A stretch of 36,588 nucleotides of DNA from Patescibacteria group bacterium. GTDB lineage: Bacteria; Patescibacteriota; Minisyncoccia; Phycocordibacterales; Phycocordibacteraceae. Every line of letters starts with the position of its first letter. The stretch's first letter is position 1. Where the stretch lies: assembly GCA_024653825.1 (NCBI GenBank), contig JANLHF010000016.1:1-36588 (forward strand), in the 5' to 3' direction. Shown piece by piece: positions 9,034-18,880 of this stretch. Position numbers and translations under genes: made by a program. Below the pieces are notes generated by a model. It searched no databases. It was not told the origin of the DNA and worked only from the letters and a program-made list of their open reading frames with translations.

Positions 9034-9531
9034 TCACATTCGCTCCCACTTGGTGTCTATGCTGTCCACCGAGATGATGCAGTTACTCCCCGAGACGAAG
9101 CGGACCGAGAATGCCCGCGTATACTCCCGCACATCATCTTCAATAAGCGAGACTCGCTTGATGACGACGACCTTCTCCTGTGGGTCCTTCGTGTCGGTGA
9201 TGCTGTAGAGAGAACAGGAACAACTCCGATTCGCTCCAGCGATTTCAGGATGTGCCGTAATCTGCTTGACCACCTCCTGCCCACGCTCCTCGTTATTGTT
9301 CCCGAAAACGGCCCACAGCGAGACATTCTCCGGAACGACCGACTTCAGAAGCGAGAGGCTGAATTCCCTGAAGCCGAGCAGGAACGTCGTTACTGCATTT
9401 TTCGGTGTATCACTGCAGACGTGCTGACGAGGTGTCTCGTCAGGGTATTCGTTACTCCCGCCGGTAAACACTGCACATCCCGCTATAAACAGCACCAGCG
9501 GTATGACAAACAACAATCTCGAACACTTCAT
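9034..9531 (-). CDS. Putative Cys-rich lipoprotein, unknown function
   Basis: Signal peptide with lipobox IAGC; GGGAGGAG SD; several further Cys including CSC. Confidence 0.75.
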   Translation of the reverse strand: MKCSRLLFVIPLVLFIAGCAVFTGGSNEYPDETPRQHVCSDTPKNAVTTFLLGFREFSLSLLKSVVPENVSLWAVFGNNNEERGQEVVKQITAHPEIAGANRSCSCSLYSITDTKDPQEKVVVIKRVSLIEDDVREYTRAFSVRFVSGSNCIISVDSIDTKWERM

Positions 9532-9702
9532 CACTCCTCCCTTCTATTCAGAAAATGAATTGCTATAGAACAATCTAGTCTCAATGTATAGCACAAAATA
9601 GAATCCGCGTCGCGGTTTTTCTTTACTTATCTCTTCCCTTCAGGTAGAGTCCGTTCCGAACAGTCCTTTTTCAACGTTGTCTACTGCCCAGGAGGTATCT
9701 CT

Positions 9703-10329
9703 ATGACCACCCCTGCAATGCGATTCATTCGCTATGCGCTCAGTATCGGCGCATTCGAATTCCCCAAGGGCGGATATGCGCTCAGGGGCAATCGGCTCTC
9801 GCCCTATTTCTTCAATGCCGGCAGATTCTGCACCGGAGAATCCATCGGCGTGCTGGCGCGCGCGTATGCCGTCGCGATAGCCAGACACTTCTATCCGGAG
9901 GTCATCTTCGGCCTGGCCTACAAGGGCATCCCCGTCGCGACGGCGCTCGCCCAGGTTCTGGGCGACACGGTCGGCTACGCCTTCAACCGTAAGGAAGCGA
10001 AGGAGCACGGCGACGGCGGAGGCCTTGTCGGCGCGCCGCTGGAGGGAAAGAAGGTCCTCCTCCTCGACGACGCGATGACGACTGGCAGCGCGCTGCGCGA
10101 AGCACGCGCTCTGGTACTCGCCGCCGGAGGAGTCCCGATTGGCTGTGCCGTCGCGATTGATCGACAGGAGATGGGTGCGAATGGGAGTCAGTCGGCGGCC
10201 ATGGAGTTTGAAGAGGACTTCACGCTTGAGGTCCGCGCCATCGCGACGATTGCCGACTTGATCTACGCGCTCAGGGGCGATCCTATGCTCGAGAAGATAC
10301 TCGAATATCGAACGCAGTACGGCGCCTAA
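9703..10329 (+). CDS. pyrE: Orotate phosphoribosyltransferase
   Basis: SPYFFNAG, G.AYKGIP, FNRKEAKEHGDGG, PRPP motif VLLLDDAMTTGSA, DRQE; AGGAGG SD. Confidence 0.95.
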   Translation: MTTPAMRFIRYALSIGAFEFPKGGYALRGNRLSPYFFNAGRFCTGESIGVLARAYAVAIARHFYPEVIFGLAYKGIPVATALAQVLGDTVGYAFNRKEAKEHGDGGGLVGAPLEGKKVLLLDDAMTTGSALREARALVLAAGGVPIGCAVAIDRQEMGANGSQSAAMEFEEDFTLEVRAIATIADLIYALRGDPMLEKILEYRTQYGA

Positions 10330-10347
10330 TCGGCCCACCCCTGCTCG

Positions 10348-10377
10348 AAGCCCCGCGACTTACGCGGGGCTTTTTTT
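10348..10377 (+). terminator. Intrinsic terminator after pyrE
   Basis: AAGCCCCGCG-ACTTA-CGCGGGGC-TTTTTTT. Confidence 0.85.
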
Positions 10378-10404
10378 ATTTACTACCAAATGGGAGAAAA
10401 ATTC

Positions 10405-11550
10405 TCAGCGGACGCTCGTATACCCGCCCGCGACGCCATTTTTGGAGAGCACAATCTGCCAGAGTTGCATCTCGCGCGCTCGTGCGACACCGGCGCAGGA
10501 GAGGAGGTAATATTTCCACATTCTATAAAATCGATCGCCGTACTTTTCTTTCAGTGCAGGCTTGTCTCGCCGAAGCGAAGCGGAGGCGGACCACGCGGTG
10601 TCAAAATTCTTGAACCACGCCATCAGCGTCGTGTCATAGTCGGCGCCAAAGTTGTGCAAATCTTCGGCAATAAACAGCCCTTCAGACGCTTCCGCTATTT
10701 GTGTTAATGACGGAATCACCCCGCCCGGGAAAATATACTTCTCTATCCACGGGTCGCTGTTCCTCTGAGAAACTTTGTAACCGATAGTATGAAGAAGAAA
10801 GAGGCCGTCATCTTTGAGACAGCGTTTCGCAACTTCAAAATACGTCCGATAATTTCGCGCGCCCACATGCTCAAACATCCCGAGCGAGACGATGTGGTCG
10901 AACTGTTCGTTTACGTCGCGATAATCCTGCACGCGTATCTCTACCGGCAAGCCCGCACACCTTTCTCGCGCGAGCTCTGCCTGTTCTTTAGAAATAGTAA
11001 TGCCGACAACTGATGCTTCATATTTTTCTGCCGCATATTTCGCGAAGCTTCCCCACCCGCAGCCGATATCCAAAATACGGTCTCCCTTTTTTAATCCTAT
11101 TTTCCTACAAACGAGATCAAGCTTCTCTTCCTGCGCTTCGTCGAGCGTCTTTGCATTTCTCCAGTATCCACAGGTATAGACCATCCGTTTGTCGAGCATC
11201 GCCTCGTAGAGGTCGTTGCCGAGATCGTAATGCACTTCGCCGACCTTAAAGGCCTTCTTGCCAGACTGTTGATTAAAAAGAAATGCTTTCGCGACCGTGA
11301 GAATAGACGCAAGATTTACCGCGATTGCTTTGTCCAGCTTGGCCCGAAGCACTGTGTTAAAAAAGACATCGAGCTCATTCGCATCCCACCAGCCGTCCAT
11401 ATACGCTTCGCCGAGGCCAAGTGTGCCATACCGAATGACGCGGTTAAAGAACCGTTTGTCGTGAACCTGAATATCCTGCGGACGATTCCCACCGATTTCT
11501 ACGTCGGCTTTCTTCAACATTTCTTCTACAAATGTTCGTGCAGACGCCAT
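10405..11550 (-). CDS. cfa: Cyclopropane-fatty-acyl-phospholipid synthase
   Basis: GLGEAYMDGWWD, HYDLGNDLY, YTCGYW, LDIGCGWG, GMFEHVG, WIEKYIFPGG, RMWKYYL. Confidence 0.96.
   Translation of the reverse strand: MASARTFVEEMLKKADVEIGGNRPQDIQVHDKRFFNRVIRYGTLGLGEAYMDGWWDANELDVFFNTVLRAKLDKAIAVNLASILTVAKAFLFNQQSGKKAFKVGEVHYDLGNDLYEAMLDKRMVYTCGYWRNAKTLDEAQEEKLDLVCRKIGLKKGDRILDIGCGWGSFAKYAAEKYEASVVGITISKEQAELARERCAGLPVEIRVQDYRDVNEQFDHIVSLGMFEHVGARNYRTYFEVAKRCLKDDGLFLLHTIGYKVSQRNSDPWIEKYIFPGGVIPSLTQIAEASEGLFIAEDLHNFGADYDTTLMAWFKNFDTAWSASASLRRDKPALKEKYGDRFYRMWKYYLLSCAGVARAREMQLWQIVLSKNGVAGGYTSVR
10561..10590. repeat. 30 bp palindromic-type insertion in frame in cfa
   Basis: CTTGTCTCGCCGAAGCGAAGCGGAGGCGGA adds SASASLRRDK between W and P of the usual W-P-x-L-x-x-x-Y segment; carries the GCTTCGCTT core. 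Confidence 0.65.
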
Positions 11551-11569
11551 ACGCGGATACTATACCAGA

Positions 11570-13375
11570 TTAGCGACGGGCCTTCGCGCGGTCGTTCTCG
11601 GTGAGATATTGCTTACGCAGACGCACAGACTTCGGCGTAATTTCCAAATATTCATCCTCTCCCATAATCTCCATACCGCGCTCGATAGTAAGGTCAAATA
11701 TTGGTACGAGCGTAAGCGCCTCGTCCATACCCGAAGAACGCACGTTTGATTGGTTCTTCCCCTTCGTCGGGTTCGCCATCATTTCTTCGCCCTTCGCGGT
11801 GTTGCCGATGACCATGCCCTCATACACTTCTGTCGCCGGTTTGATATAGAGCTGTCCGCGATCCTGTAGATACCAGAGTGCATAGCCTAGACTCTTCCCG
11901 CTCGCCATCGAGATCATCGAGCCCACCTGACGCTTCTTAATCTCACCTGCATATGGCTTGAAGCCGACGAAGTGCGACGAGAGGATCCCTTCGCCCTTCG
12001 TATCAATGATGAACATATTTTTGTATCCCAGAAGCCCCCGAGTCGGACCAACCAGGGTGAGGCGCACGATATTGCCGTGCTGGGTCATATTCTGGAGCAC
12101 GAACGCACGCTGGCCCAATTTTTCAATAATGGGACCTTGAAATTCTGATGGCGTGTCAATAACGACTTCTTCAAACGGTTCGAGCTTCACGCCATTTTCC
12201 TCGTGGGTGATAACATGCGGCTGAGAAACTTGAAGTTCGTATCCTTCACGGCGCATATTTTCGAGAAGAACGGCGATGTGGAGTTCTCCACGACCGGACA
12301 CGAGAAAAGATTCCGCGCTACCAAAATCAACTTTCAGCCCAACGTTCACTTCAAGCTCTTTTTCAAGACGGTCGCGGAGCTGACGGCTCGTGACGTACTT
12401 TCCTTCTTTCCCGGCAAAGGGAGAGTTATTGACGACGAAGTTGAGCGCGATAGTCGGCTCGTCCACGGCGATAGCCGGAAGCGGCGTCGCTGATTCGTTC
12501 GTTGTCACTGTCTCGCCGATGTAGATGTCCGGCAAGCCGGCGACAAGCGCAATGTCTCCTGCGCTCGCCTCTGCCGCTTCCACACGTTCAAGTCCTTTGA
12601 AGGTAAATATTTTAGTCGTACGGCCGGTACGCGTCATGCCGTCTGGTTTCTTGATGAGTACCTGCTGATTCGGACGGATAGTACCCTCATAGATACGACC
12701 GACCGCAAGACGTCCCATGAAGTTGTCATACGCGAGATTGAACGGTTGGAGCATCAGCGGCGCATCGGCAGAAGCATCCACGTTTGCCGCGGGGACTTTC
12801 TCCAGAATCAAATCGAGGAGTGGAGTGAGATCTTTATTGGCTTCTGCACCGCCCATCACCAGATCGTTCGACGTCATCGACGCTCTTCCATCGCGGCCGA
12901 TCGCATACACGACTGGGAAATCGCACTGCTCATCAGTAGCGCCAAGCTCCATAAAAAGTTCCAGCACCTGATCGTGCGAACGCGCGGGGTCGGCGGCCGG
13001 CTTGTCTATTTTATTCAAGACAACAATTGGCTTGAGCCCGAGTTCCAAGGACTTCTTCAACACGAAGCGCGTTTGTGGCATCGGACCCTCCTGCGCATCC
13101 ACGACGAGAAGAACAGAATCTATAGAACGGAGCACGCGCTCCACTTCACTACCGAAGTCGGCGTGCCCGGGCGTGTCTACGATATTTATTTTCGTACCTT
13201 TGTATTCAACCGCCGCGTTCTTGGCGTAAATGGTAATGCCGCGCTCTTTCTCAAGCGCGTTCGTGTCCATCGTCGTGCCCTCCGGCGATGCTCCCGTCTG
13301 CTTCAGGATGGCGTCAGTCAGCGCCGTCTTCCCGTGGTCGACGTGAGCGATGATGGCGATGTTGCGAATTTCCAT
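11570..13375 (-). CDS. typA: Translational GTPase TypA/BipA
   Basis: [59 protein letters not shown]. Confidence 0.97.
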   Translation of the reverse strand: MEIRNIAIIAHVDHGKTALTDAILKQTGASPEGTTMDTNALEKERGITIYAKNAAVEYKGTKINIVDTPGHADFGSEVERVLRSIDSVLLVVDAQEGPMPQTRFVLKKSLELGLKPIVVLNKIDKPAADPARSHDQVLELFMELGATDEQCDFPVVYAIGRDGRASMTSNDLVMGGAEANKDLTPLLDLILEKVPAANVDASADAPLMLQPFNLAYDNFMGRLAVGRIYEGTIRPNQQVLIKKPDGMTRTGRTTKIFTFKGLERVEAAEASAGDIALVAGLPDIYIGETVTTNESATPLPAIAVDEPTIALNFVVNNSPFAGKEGKYVTSRQLRDRLEKELEVNVGLKVDFGSAESFLVSGRGELHIAVLLENMRREGYELQVSQPHVITHEENGVKLEPFEEVVIDTPSEFQGPIIEKLGQRAFVLQNMTQHGNIVRLTLVGPTRGLLGYKNMFIIDTKGEGILSSHFVGFKPYAGEIKKRQVGSMISMASGKSLGYALWYLQDRGQLYIKPATEVYEGMVIGNTAKGEEMMANPTKGKNQSNVRSSGMDEALTLVPIFDLTIERGMEIMGEDEYLEITPKSVRLRKQYLTENDRAKARR

Positions 13376-13380
13376 AAGTA

Positions 13381-13448
13381 AGCTTTCTCCCTACGCTCGC
13401 TCACAAATAATAATCAGAATTTTCATTTGTTCGCTTCGCTTGGTAGTA
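13381..13448. mobile_element. 68 bp miniature hairpin element in the typA 5' leader
   Basis: GTA|AGCTTTCT..CGCTCGCTC-ACAAAT..ATTTGT-TCGCTTCGCTTG..AGTA; ends match the element at 36378-36457; GTA repeated at both ends. Confidence 0.6.
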
Positions 13449-13498
13449 AAAATAAATGGCCACGAGGCCGATGCGTTCAATATACAATAAAGAGATTT

Positions 13499-14884
13499 TT
13501 ATGCAAGGAACACCACGATCGCGGCGAGGCCAGAGATGGACATAATGGCGATAGTGAACCAGCCCATAAGGGAAAAGAACGGTCGATTCGCGTATTCACC
13601 CATGAGATGTTTATTGCTTGAGATACGGACAACAAAGAAGAGAACAATCGGTGCGATGACGCCGTTCGCGATGGCGGCATAAATAAGGCCCTTGATGGGA
13701 TCAAGATGGAAGAAGTTCGCCACGATGCCGAGCAACATTGAGACGATGATGACGCCGTAGAAGGCGTAGGCCTGCTTCAGCTTATAGTGCAGGCCGTGCT
13801 TCCATCCGAAGCTCTCGCTAATCGCATACGCGCTTGAGCCCGCCAAGACTGGCACGGCGAGGAGCCCGGTACCGACGATGCCGAGCGCGAAGAGAAGGAA
13901 GGCGAACTCGCCGAAGGGTCTGAGTGCGAGAGCGGCTTGATCGGCGGTGACAATGTTGGTGATGCCGTTCGCATACAGCGTGCCCGCGCATGCGGCAAAG
14001 ATGAAGAAACTGATGAGATTGGAGAAGAGCATCCCACTCCAAACGTCCGTGCGCATACGACGTATGGTTTTTTTACTGACCTGCCCCCGTCGCTCTTCGA
14101 TGGTTATCTCTCCCTTCAGTATGCGATCTTCTACCTCCTGTGATGTCTGCCAGAAGAAGAGGTACGGGGAGATGGTGGTACCGAGCACAGCGCAGATGAG
14201 CAATATTTGGTCTTTAGAAAAAGACATCGAGGGGACGAGCGTATGGCGGATCACCTCCCCCCAATCAAGTCCGACAGAAAACGCAACGACGACATAGGAG
14301 AGTAGGGCGAGTGCGAGATATTTCAGATATTTCGCATAGCGCGCATAGGTTGTGAATATTTGAAGCATCAGGCTGATGAGCGCGAAGACGATGACCAGTA
14401 GTTCCAATCCGAAATCAGGAAGAATGAGGCGCGTACCCGCCGCCATCGCGCCAAGGTCGGCGGCGATATTGAGCACATTCGCGAGAAAGAGAAGCGCCGT
14501 TACCGTATAGAGCGCACCGAGAGGATACTGGCGTCGAATATTTGCCGCGAGCCCTTGCCCGCTCACGATACCAATACGCGCGCACATCTCCTGTACCACC
14601 GCCATAAAGGGATAGGTGAAAAGTGCGGTCCAGATGAGCTGGAGACCGTATTGTGCTCCCGCTTGCGAGTAGGTTGCGATACCGGAAGGGTCGTCATCAG
14701 CTGCACCGGTCGTGAGCCCCGGACCGAGCGTATCCCAATATTCTTCGGCAAGCTTGAAGGGGCGTTTCTTAATAATCGCTTTCTCCTCTTTCCTCACAAA
14801 TTCGATACCCTCTTCTAGGATTTCTGCAGGCACTTCAAAAGCCCTCTCCATTTCGTGTTGAAGATTTTTCTTCTCTTCTGTCAT
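13499..14884 (-). CDS. NRAMP-family divalent metal transporter
   Basis: LGPGLTTGAADDDPSGIATYSQAGA, LGTTISPYLFFWQ, ~11 TM; start 14884 lies 9 nt after TATAGT. Confidence 0.92.
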   Translation of the reverse strand: MTEEKKNLQHEMERAFEVPAEILEEGIEFVRKEEKAIIKKRPFKLAEEYWDTLGPGLTTGAADDDPSGIATYSQAGAQYGLQLIWTALFTYPFMAVVQEMCARIGIVSGQGLAANIRRQYPLGALYTVTALLFLANVLNIAADLGAMAAGTRLILPDFGLELLVIVFALISLMLQIFTTYARYAKYLKYLALALLSYVVVAFSVGLDWGEVIRHTLVPSMSFSKDQILLICAVLGTTISPYLFFWQTSQEVEDRILKGEITIEERRGQVSKKTIRRMRTDVWSGMLFSNLISFFIFAACAGTLYANGITNIVTADQAALALRPFGEFAFLLFALGIVGTGLLAVPVLAGSSAYAISESFGWKHGLHYKLKQAYAFYGVIIVSMLLGIVANFFHLDPIKGLIYAAIANGVIAPIVLFFVVRISSNKHLMGEYANRPFFSLMGWFTIAIMSISGLAAIVVFLA

Positions 14885-14934
14885 AGTGTCTCCACTATAC
14901 CTGTACAACTACGAACTGCACACCTAATCCCCAC

Positions 14935-16395
14935 TCAGGTGTCTAGATCGAGTGTCTCGTCGATGCGAATCTGGGAGACGAATTCGGGCACGTGCGAGAC
15001 GAGTATCATCGCCCCTGCGTATGCATCCAGCGCCGAAGCTATGACTGGTAGATGACGGAAATTGATGTGGTTCGTCGGCTCGTCGAGGATAAGGAGCCCG
15101 GGGCGTTCGAGAACGAGCGAGGCGAAGGCGACCAAGCCCTTCTGCCCTTCAGAAAGATTCCCAATCTTCGTCTGCATCACGTCATTCGTGAGTAAGAATC
15201 CGGCGGCCGTCGCACGTAATCTTTCTTCATCCGGTTGTCCCATTGCTTTCTCAAGCGCCTTGTAGACCGTCTGATCGAAGTCGAGCGTGGAAAAATCTTG
15301 ACGGTAATAGCCAATCTTTGTCCCAGCCGTGATCGCCACCCCTTCAGGCGTTCCGAGCGCGATCCTCTCGAGCAGAGTGCTCTTACCGATTCCGTTCGGA
15401 CCTTTCAAGAGAAGGTGCTGATTCTTACGAAGAGCAATGTTCGCCTTCTTCTTCACCGGCTTCTTGCTCTTATGTATCGTATAGGAAGTGAGCGTGAGTA
15501 TCGTGCCGCTTAAGTGTTCCTGCACAGGAATCGTGAAGGGTCGGATGGTCTTATCTTCTTTACGCACATCCACCTTCGCTTCCTCCATCTCTTCAACCTC
15601 AGTGCGCATCTTCTTGGCGACAAGACGCATCTTCCCTCCCTTTTGGGCGAAGAAGTTTGCCTTATCCTTATTCTCCTGAATTTTTTTCTCGAGCTGCGCA
15701 TTCTTCTTATTCTCGCGGTCGATACGCACCGAGATGTCGCGAAGCACGTCGTGATAGTTCCCCGGATACTGCTCGATCTTCCGTGTGAAGACGTCGAGAT
15801 AGAGGACGCCCGTAGTAAAAGCATTCAAGAATTCAGCGTCGTGCGAGATAACGACGCAGGTGCCCGAATATTCAACAAGAAATTTCGTTAAGTGTTCGAT
15901 GCCTGCAGTGTCGAGATTATTCGTCGGTTCATCAAGAAGCAGGAGATCGGGCTTCTGGATAAGCGCCGAGGCGAGGAGGAGGCGCGCCTGCTGACCGCCC
16001 GAGAAGCTTTTCATCACGCGATCATGCAATTTTTCATGACCCTTAAGATTCACCACCTCGAGCACGGCATCGATGCGCGGGTCGATGTCGTAGACGGGCG
16101 CGGCGAAGCATCTGAGAAAGAATTCGCGGACGGTGAGGGTTAGTTGGTCGCGCGGTATCACCTGCGGCGCGGTCGCTACCAGCATCCCGCGACTGACGTG
16201 TATCTCGCCGCTCTCTGGCTTAAGCTCTCCCGTCATCAGCGCGAAGAGGGTGGACTTCCCCGAGCCGTTCTGTCCCATCACGGCTATCTTCATTCCGCTC
16301 CGAATAGGAAAATCTACCTCGTCGAGGATCGGTTTATTGTGCCCATATTCAAACGACACTTTTTCAAAGCGTATGACGCTCTCTCCTCTAGACAT
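14935..16395 (-). CDS. ABC-F family ATP-binding protein (two ABC domains, no TM)
   Basis: GQNGSGKST/FSGGQ/LLLLDEPTNNLD and GPNGIGKST/LSEGQK/LILDEPTNH with a helical linker. Confidence 0.93.
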   Translation of the reverse strand: MSRGESVIRFEKVSFEYGHNKPILDEVDFPIRSGMKIAVMGQNGSGKSTLFALMTGELKPESGEIHVSRGMLVATAPQVIPRDQLTLTVREFFLRCFAAPVYDIDPRIDAVLEVVNLKGHEKLHDRVMKSFSGGQQARLLLASALIQKPDLLLLDEPTNNLDTAGIEHLTKFLVEYSGTCVVISHDAEFLNAFTTGVLYLDVFTRKIEQYPGNYHDVLRDISVRIDRENKKNAQLEKKIQENKDKANFFAQKGGKMRLVAKKMRTEVEEMEEAKVDVRKEDKTIRPFTIPVQEHLSGTILTLTSYTIHKSKKPVKKKANIALRKNQHLLLKGPNGIGKSTLLERIALGTPEGVAITAGTKIGYYRQDFSTLDFDQTVYKALEKAMGQPDEERLRATAAGFLLTNDVMQTKIGNLSEGQKGLVAFASLVLERPGLLILDEPTNHINFRHLPVIASALDAYAGAMILVSHVPEFVSQIRIDETLDLDT

Positions 16396-16433
16396 CAAAC
16401 CACCATACTCCATTTCGCATTAAAATGGAAAAA

Positions 16434-17108
16434 TTACCAAGGAAGTTTCTCGTTTTTGAACCAGAAGAATCCGGTCTCTGGAGACGTGAGCGTAAATTTA
16501 TAAATAGCCCCAACAGCCTCTTCAGGCGTGATATCTGCTTCATCGCCGCCCATAGCCGTCTTCACCCAGCCCGGATGTACAGAAGAGACGATGAGTCCAT
16601 CTTTTTTAAGTCGTTGCGCGAGGGTGCGCATATACATATTGAGAGCCGCTTTCGAGATTTTGTACGCGGGATAATGATTCGGCCAGTGACTCTCGAGATG
16701 GCCAGTTTGCTCGAGCGAACCGGCGGTCGAAGAGATAAAAATAATGTGTCCGTGCGGCGCCATACCAGCAATTAGATGTTCGGTAAAATCCGCCGTGCCT
16801 ATGAGGTTGACCTCAAGCGTAGCGCGAAGCCTCTCTGGAATCAGAGTAGTTTCATCTTCATCAAGCAGCACTCCGGCATTATTTATGAGAATATTTATTT
16901 TTTTACCAAGGCCATGTATTGCCTCTACACACTCCTTGGTGCTTTTCGTAGATGAAAGATTAAGCTTGCAGACAAAAAGATTTTCACGCGCAAAATCTGC
17001 AGTACCTGTCGTGGTTGTTCCAATCACAAAAAATCCTTTCTCGAGAAAGGTCTGTGCGAGCGCCTTTCCGATACCGCGCCCGACTCCGGTAATAAGTACT
17101 GTTTGCAT
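16434..17108 (-). CDS. Short-chain dehydrogenase/reductase (C-factor/CsgA-like)
   Basis: TGVGRGIG, LINNAG, ISS.AGS, YKISKAALN, HPGWVKTAMGG; start 17108 lies 7 nt after TATACT. Confidence 0.92.
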   Translation of the reverse strand: MQTVLITGVGRGIGKALAQTFLEKGFFVIGTTTTGTADFARENLFVCKLNLSSTKSTKECVEAIHGLGKKINILINNAGVLLDEDETTLIPERLRATLEVNLIGTADFTEHLIAGMAPHGHIIFISSTAGSLEQTGHLESHWPNHYPAYKISKAALNMYMRTLAQRLKKDGLIVSSVHPGWVKTAMGGDEADITPEEAVGAIYKFTLTSPETGFFWFKNEKLPW

Positions 17109-17140
17109 TATGTAGAGTATATACCTAGTATAGTTCCAAC

Positions 17141-17863
17141 ATGCTAAAACCTGTCGCAAAGCCCGCTGATGAATACCCGATGCGTATCAATAAATACCTC
17201 GCGCACGAGGGGATTTCAACGCGCCGAGGCGCCGACGAACTTATCGCTCGCGGGAAGGTGCTCATTAACGGTCGCGTCGCTACCCTCGGCGAGAAGGTCA
17301 ATAAAGGAGATAAAGTCGAGCTCCGCGGAAAGGACGCTTCAAAAAAGTATCTCTATTATGCTTACAACAAGCCGGTCGGCGTCATCACCCACTCTCCCCA
17401 GCTGGGAGAGAAAGACATTAAGGGAAGTGTCCCGATGGACGTCTTCCCTATCGGCCGATTGGACAAAGAATCGAGCGGACTCATCATTCTCACCAACGAC
17501 GGTCGCGTCACCGATCGTCTGCTTAATCCGGAATACGATCATGATAAGGAGTATCGCGTGCGTGTGAACGAGACGCTCCGCGAGGCTTTTAAGAAGACGA
17601 TGGAAGGAGGCGTCGATATCGAGGGATACCTCACGGCGCCCTGCGTCGTGCGTAAGACGGGGCCGAAGAGTTTTAACATCACGCTAACCGAGGGCAAGAA
17701 ACATCAGATACGTCGCATGGTCGCGGCGCTTCACAACACCGTCATCGAACTCGAGCGCACACGCATATTGAATATTCGACTTGAAGACTTGAAGCCGGGC
17801 GCCTGGCGCCCCATAGAAGGAGAAGAACTAAAAGACTTTCTCACGAAAATCGGAATGAAATAA
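17141..17863 (+). CDS. rRNA pseudouridine synthase, RsuA/RluB/RluF family with S4 domain
   Basis: MRINKYLA..G.STRR.AD, YNKPVG, GRLDKESSGL, TNDG, LTEGKKHQIRRM. Confidence 0.95.
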   Translation: MLKPVAKPADEYPMRINKYLAHEGISTRRGADELIARGKVLINGRVATLGEKVNKGDKVELRGKDASKKYLYYAYNKPVGVITHSPQLGEKDIKGSVPMDVFPIGRLDKESSGLIILTNDGRVTDRLLNPEYDHDKEYRVRVNETLREAFKKTMEGGVDIEGYLTAPCVVRKTGPKSFNITLTEGKKHQIRRMVAALHNTVIELERTRILNIRLEDLKPGAWRPIEGEELKDFLTKIGMK

Positions 17864-17923
17864 AATTGACTTCCTCATCCCCTTCGGGCTTAATGAGGCC
17901 AGATTAACACAGGAGTTCTTACT

Positions 17924-18739
17924 ATGACATTACCGATAGATCTGGTACTTGTGCGCCACGGGCAGTCCGAAGGGAATAAAGCGAAGCGCCTTTCAGAAGC
18001 GGGCGACGACAGCGCATACACGGACGATTTCCTCATCAGACATTCCGCCGGTTTCCGCTTGACCGACAAAGGGCGCGAGCAAGCGCTTCAAACAGGCAAA
18101 TTTCTGCGGAAGGACTGGTTCGGAAATTACACCGGATTCAACCGCTACATCACTTCGGAGTATCTCCGGGCAATGGAAACAGCCGGGCATCTACAGTTGC
18201 CGGGCGCTGAATGGTACTGCGAACCGTATCTGACCGAGCGCGACTGGGGTGAGCTCGATATCTACCCCGAAAATGAACGACAAGAAAGATTCGGTGCGGA
18301 ATTACAACGCCGAGAAATCGAACCGTTCTTCTGGAGACCCCCGAACGGAGAATCGTTCTTGGGACTGTGCCGACGCGTCGATCGCGTCCTGGATACTCTC
18401 CATCGCGAATGCAGTGACAAACACGTGCTTATCGTCTGTCACGGCGAAGTAATGCGCGCATTCCAGGTACGGATTGAGCGCATATCACAGGTACGATTCA
18501 AAGAGTTGATGCTCTCGAGAAAAAGCGAAGATCGCATCTATAACTGCCAGGTCGTGCATTACACACGAGCCAATCCAGCTGACGGCGCGCTCTCTCCGTA
18601 TGCGGGATGGGTGAAGTGGACTCGGCCGACTGATACACCCGTCACGACGTCGGGCTGGCAGAAGATCATACGGCCTCCGCACTATTCGAACGAAAAACTA
18701 CTGGAAGTCGTCAGTCGCACACCTGCAATGATCAGGTAA
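17924..18739 (+). CDS. Histidine phosphatase / phosphoglycerate mutase family protein
   Basis: LVRHGQSEGN, LT..GREQA, RAMETA, ERDWG, PPNGES, VCHG; AGGAG SD. Confidence 0.9.
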   Translation: MTLPIDLVLVRHGQSEGNKAKRLSEAGDDSAYTDDFLIRHSAGFRLTDKGREQALQTGKFLRKDWFGNYTGFNRYITSEYLRAMETAGHLQLPGAEWYCEPYLTERDWGELDIYPENERQERFGAELQRREIEPFFWRPPNGESFLGLCRRVDRVLDTLHRECSDKHVLIVCHGEVMRAFQVRIERISQVRFKELMLSRKSEDRIYNCQVVHYTRANPADGALSPYAGWVKWTRPTDTPVTTSGWQKIIRPPHYSNEKLLEVVSRTPAMIR

Positions 18740-18752
18740 AGAAGTCTGTCAC

Positions 18753-18782
18753 CCCGGCGCATCCTGCGCCGGGTTTTATTTT
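18753..18782 (+). terminator. Intrinsic terminator
   Basis: CCCGGCGCA-TCC-TGCGCCGGG-TTTTATTTT. Confidence 0.8.
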
Positions 18783-18880
18783 GTTTGCATTTTTTGAGTT
18801 TTATTGCTAGATTTCTGGGCGAAGGTTCTTTCTCAACACAGTCAACAACGGCGCCTTAATCGGCGCGAATGGAGGAAATG

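Noticed and set aside
8547-9600. Genomic island integrated at tmRNA
   Set aside because: No integrase and no duplicated ssrA 3' end seen downstream; only two orphan genes.
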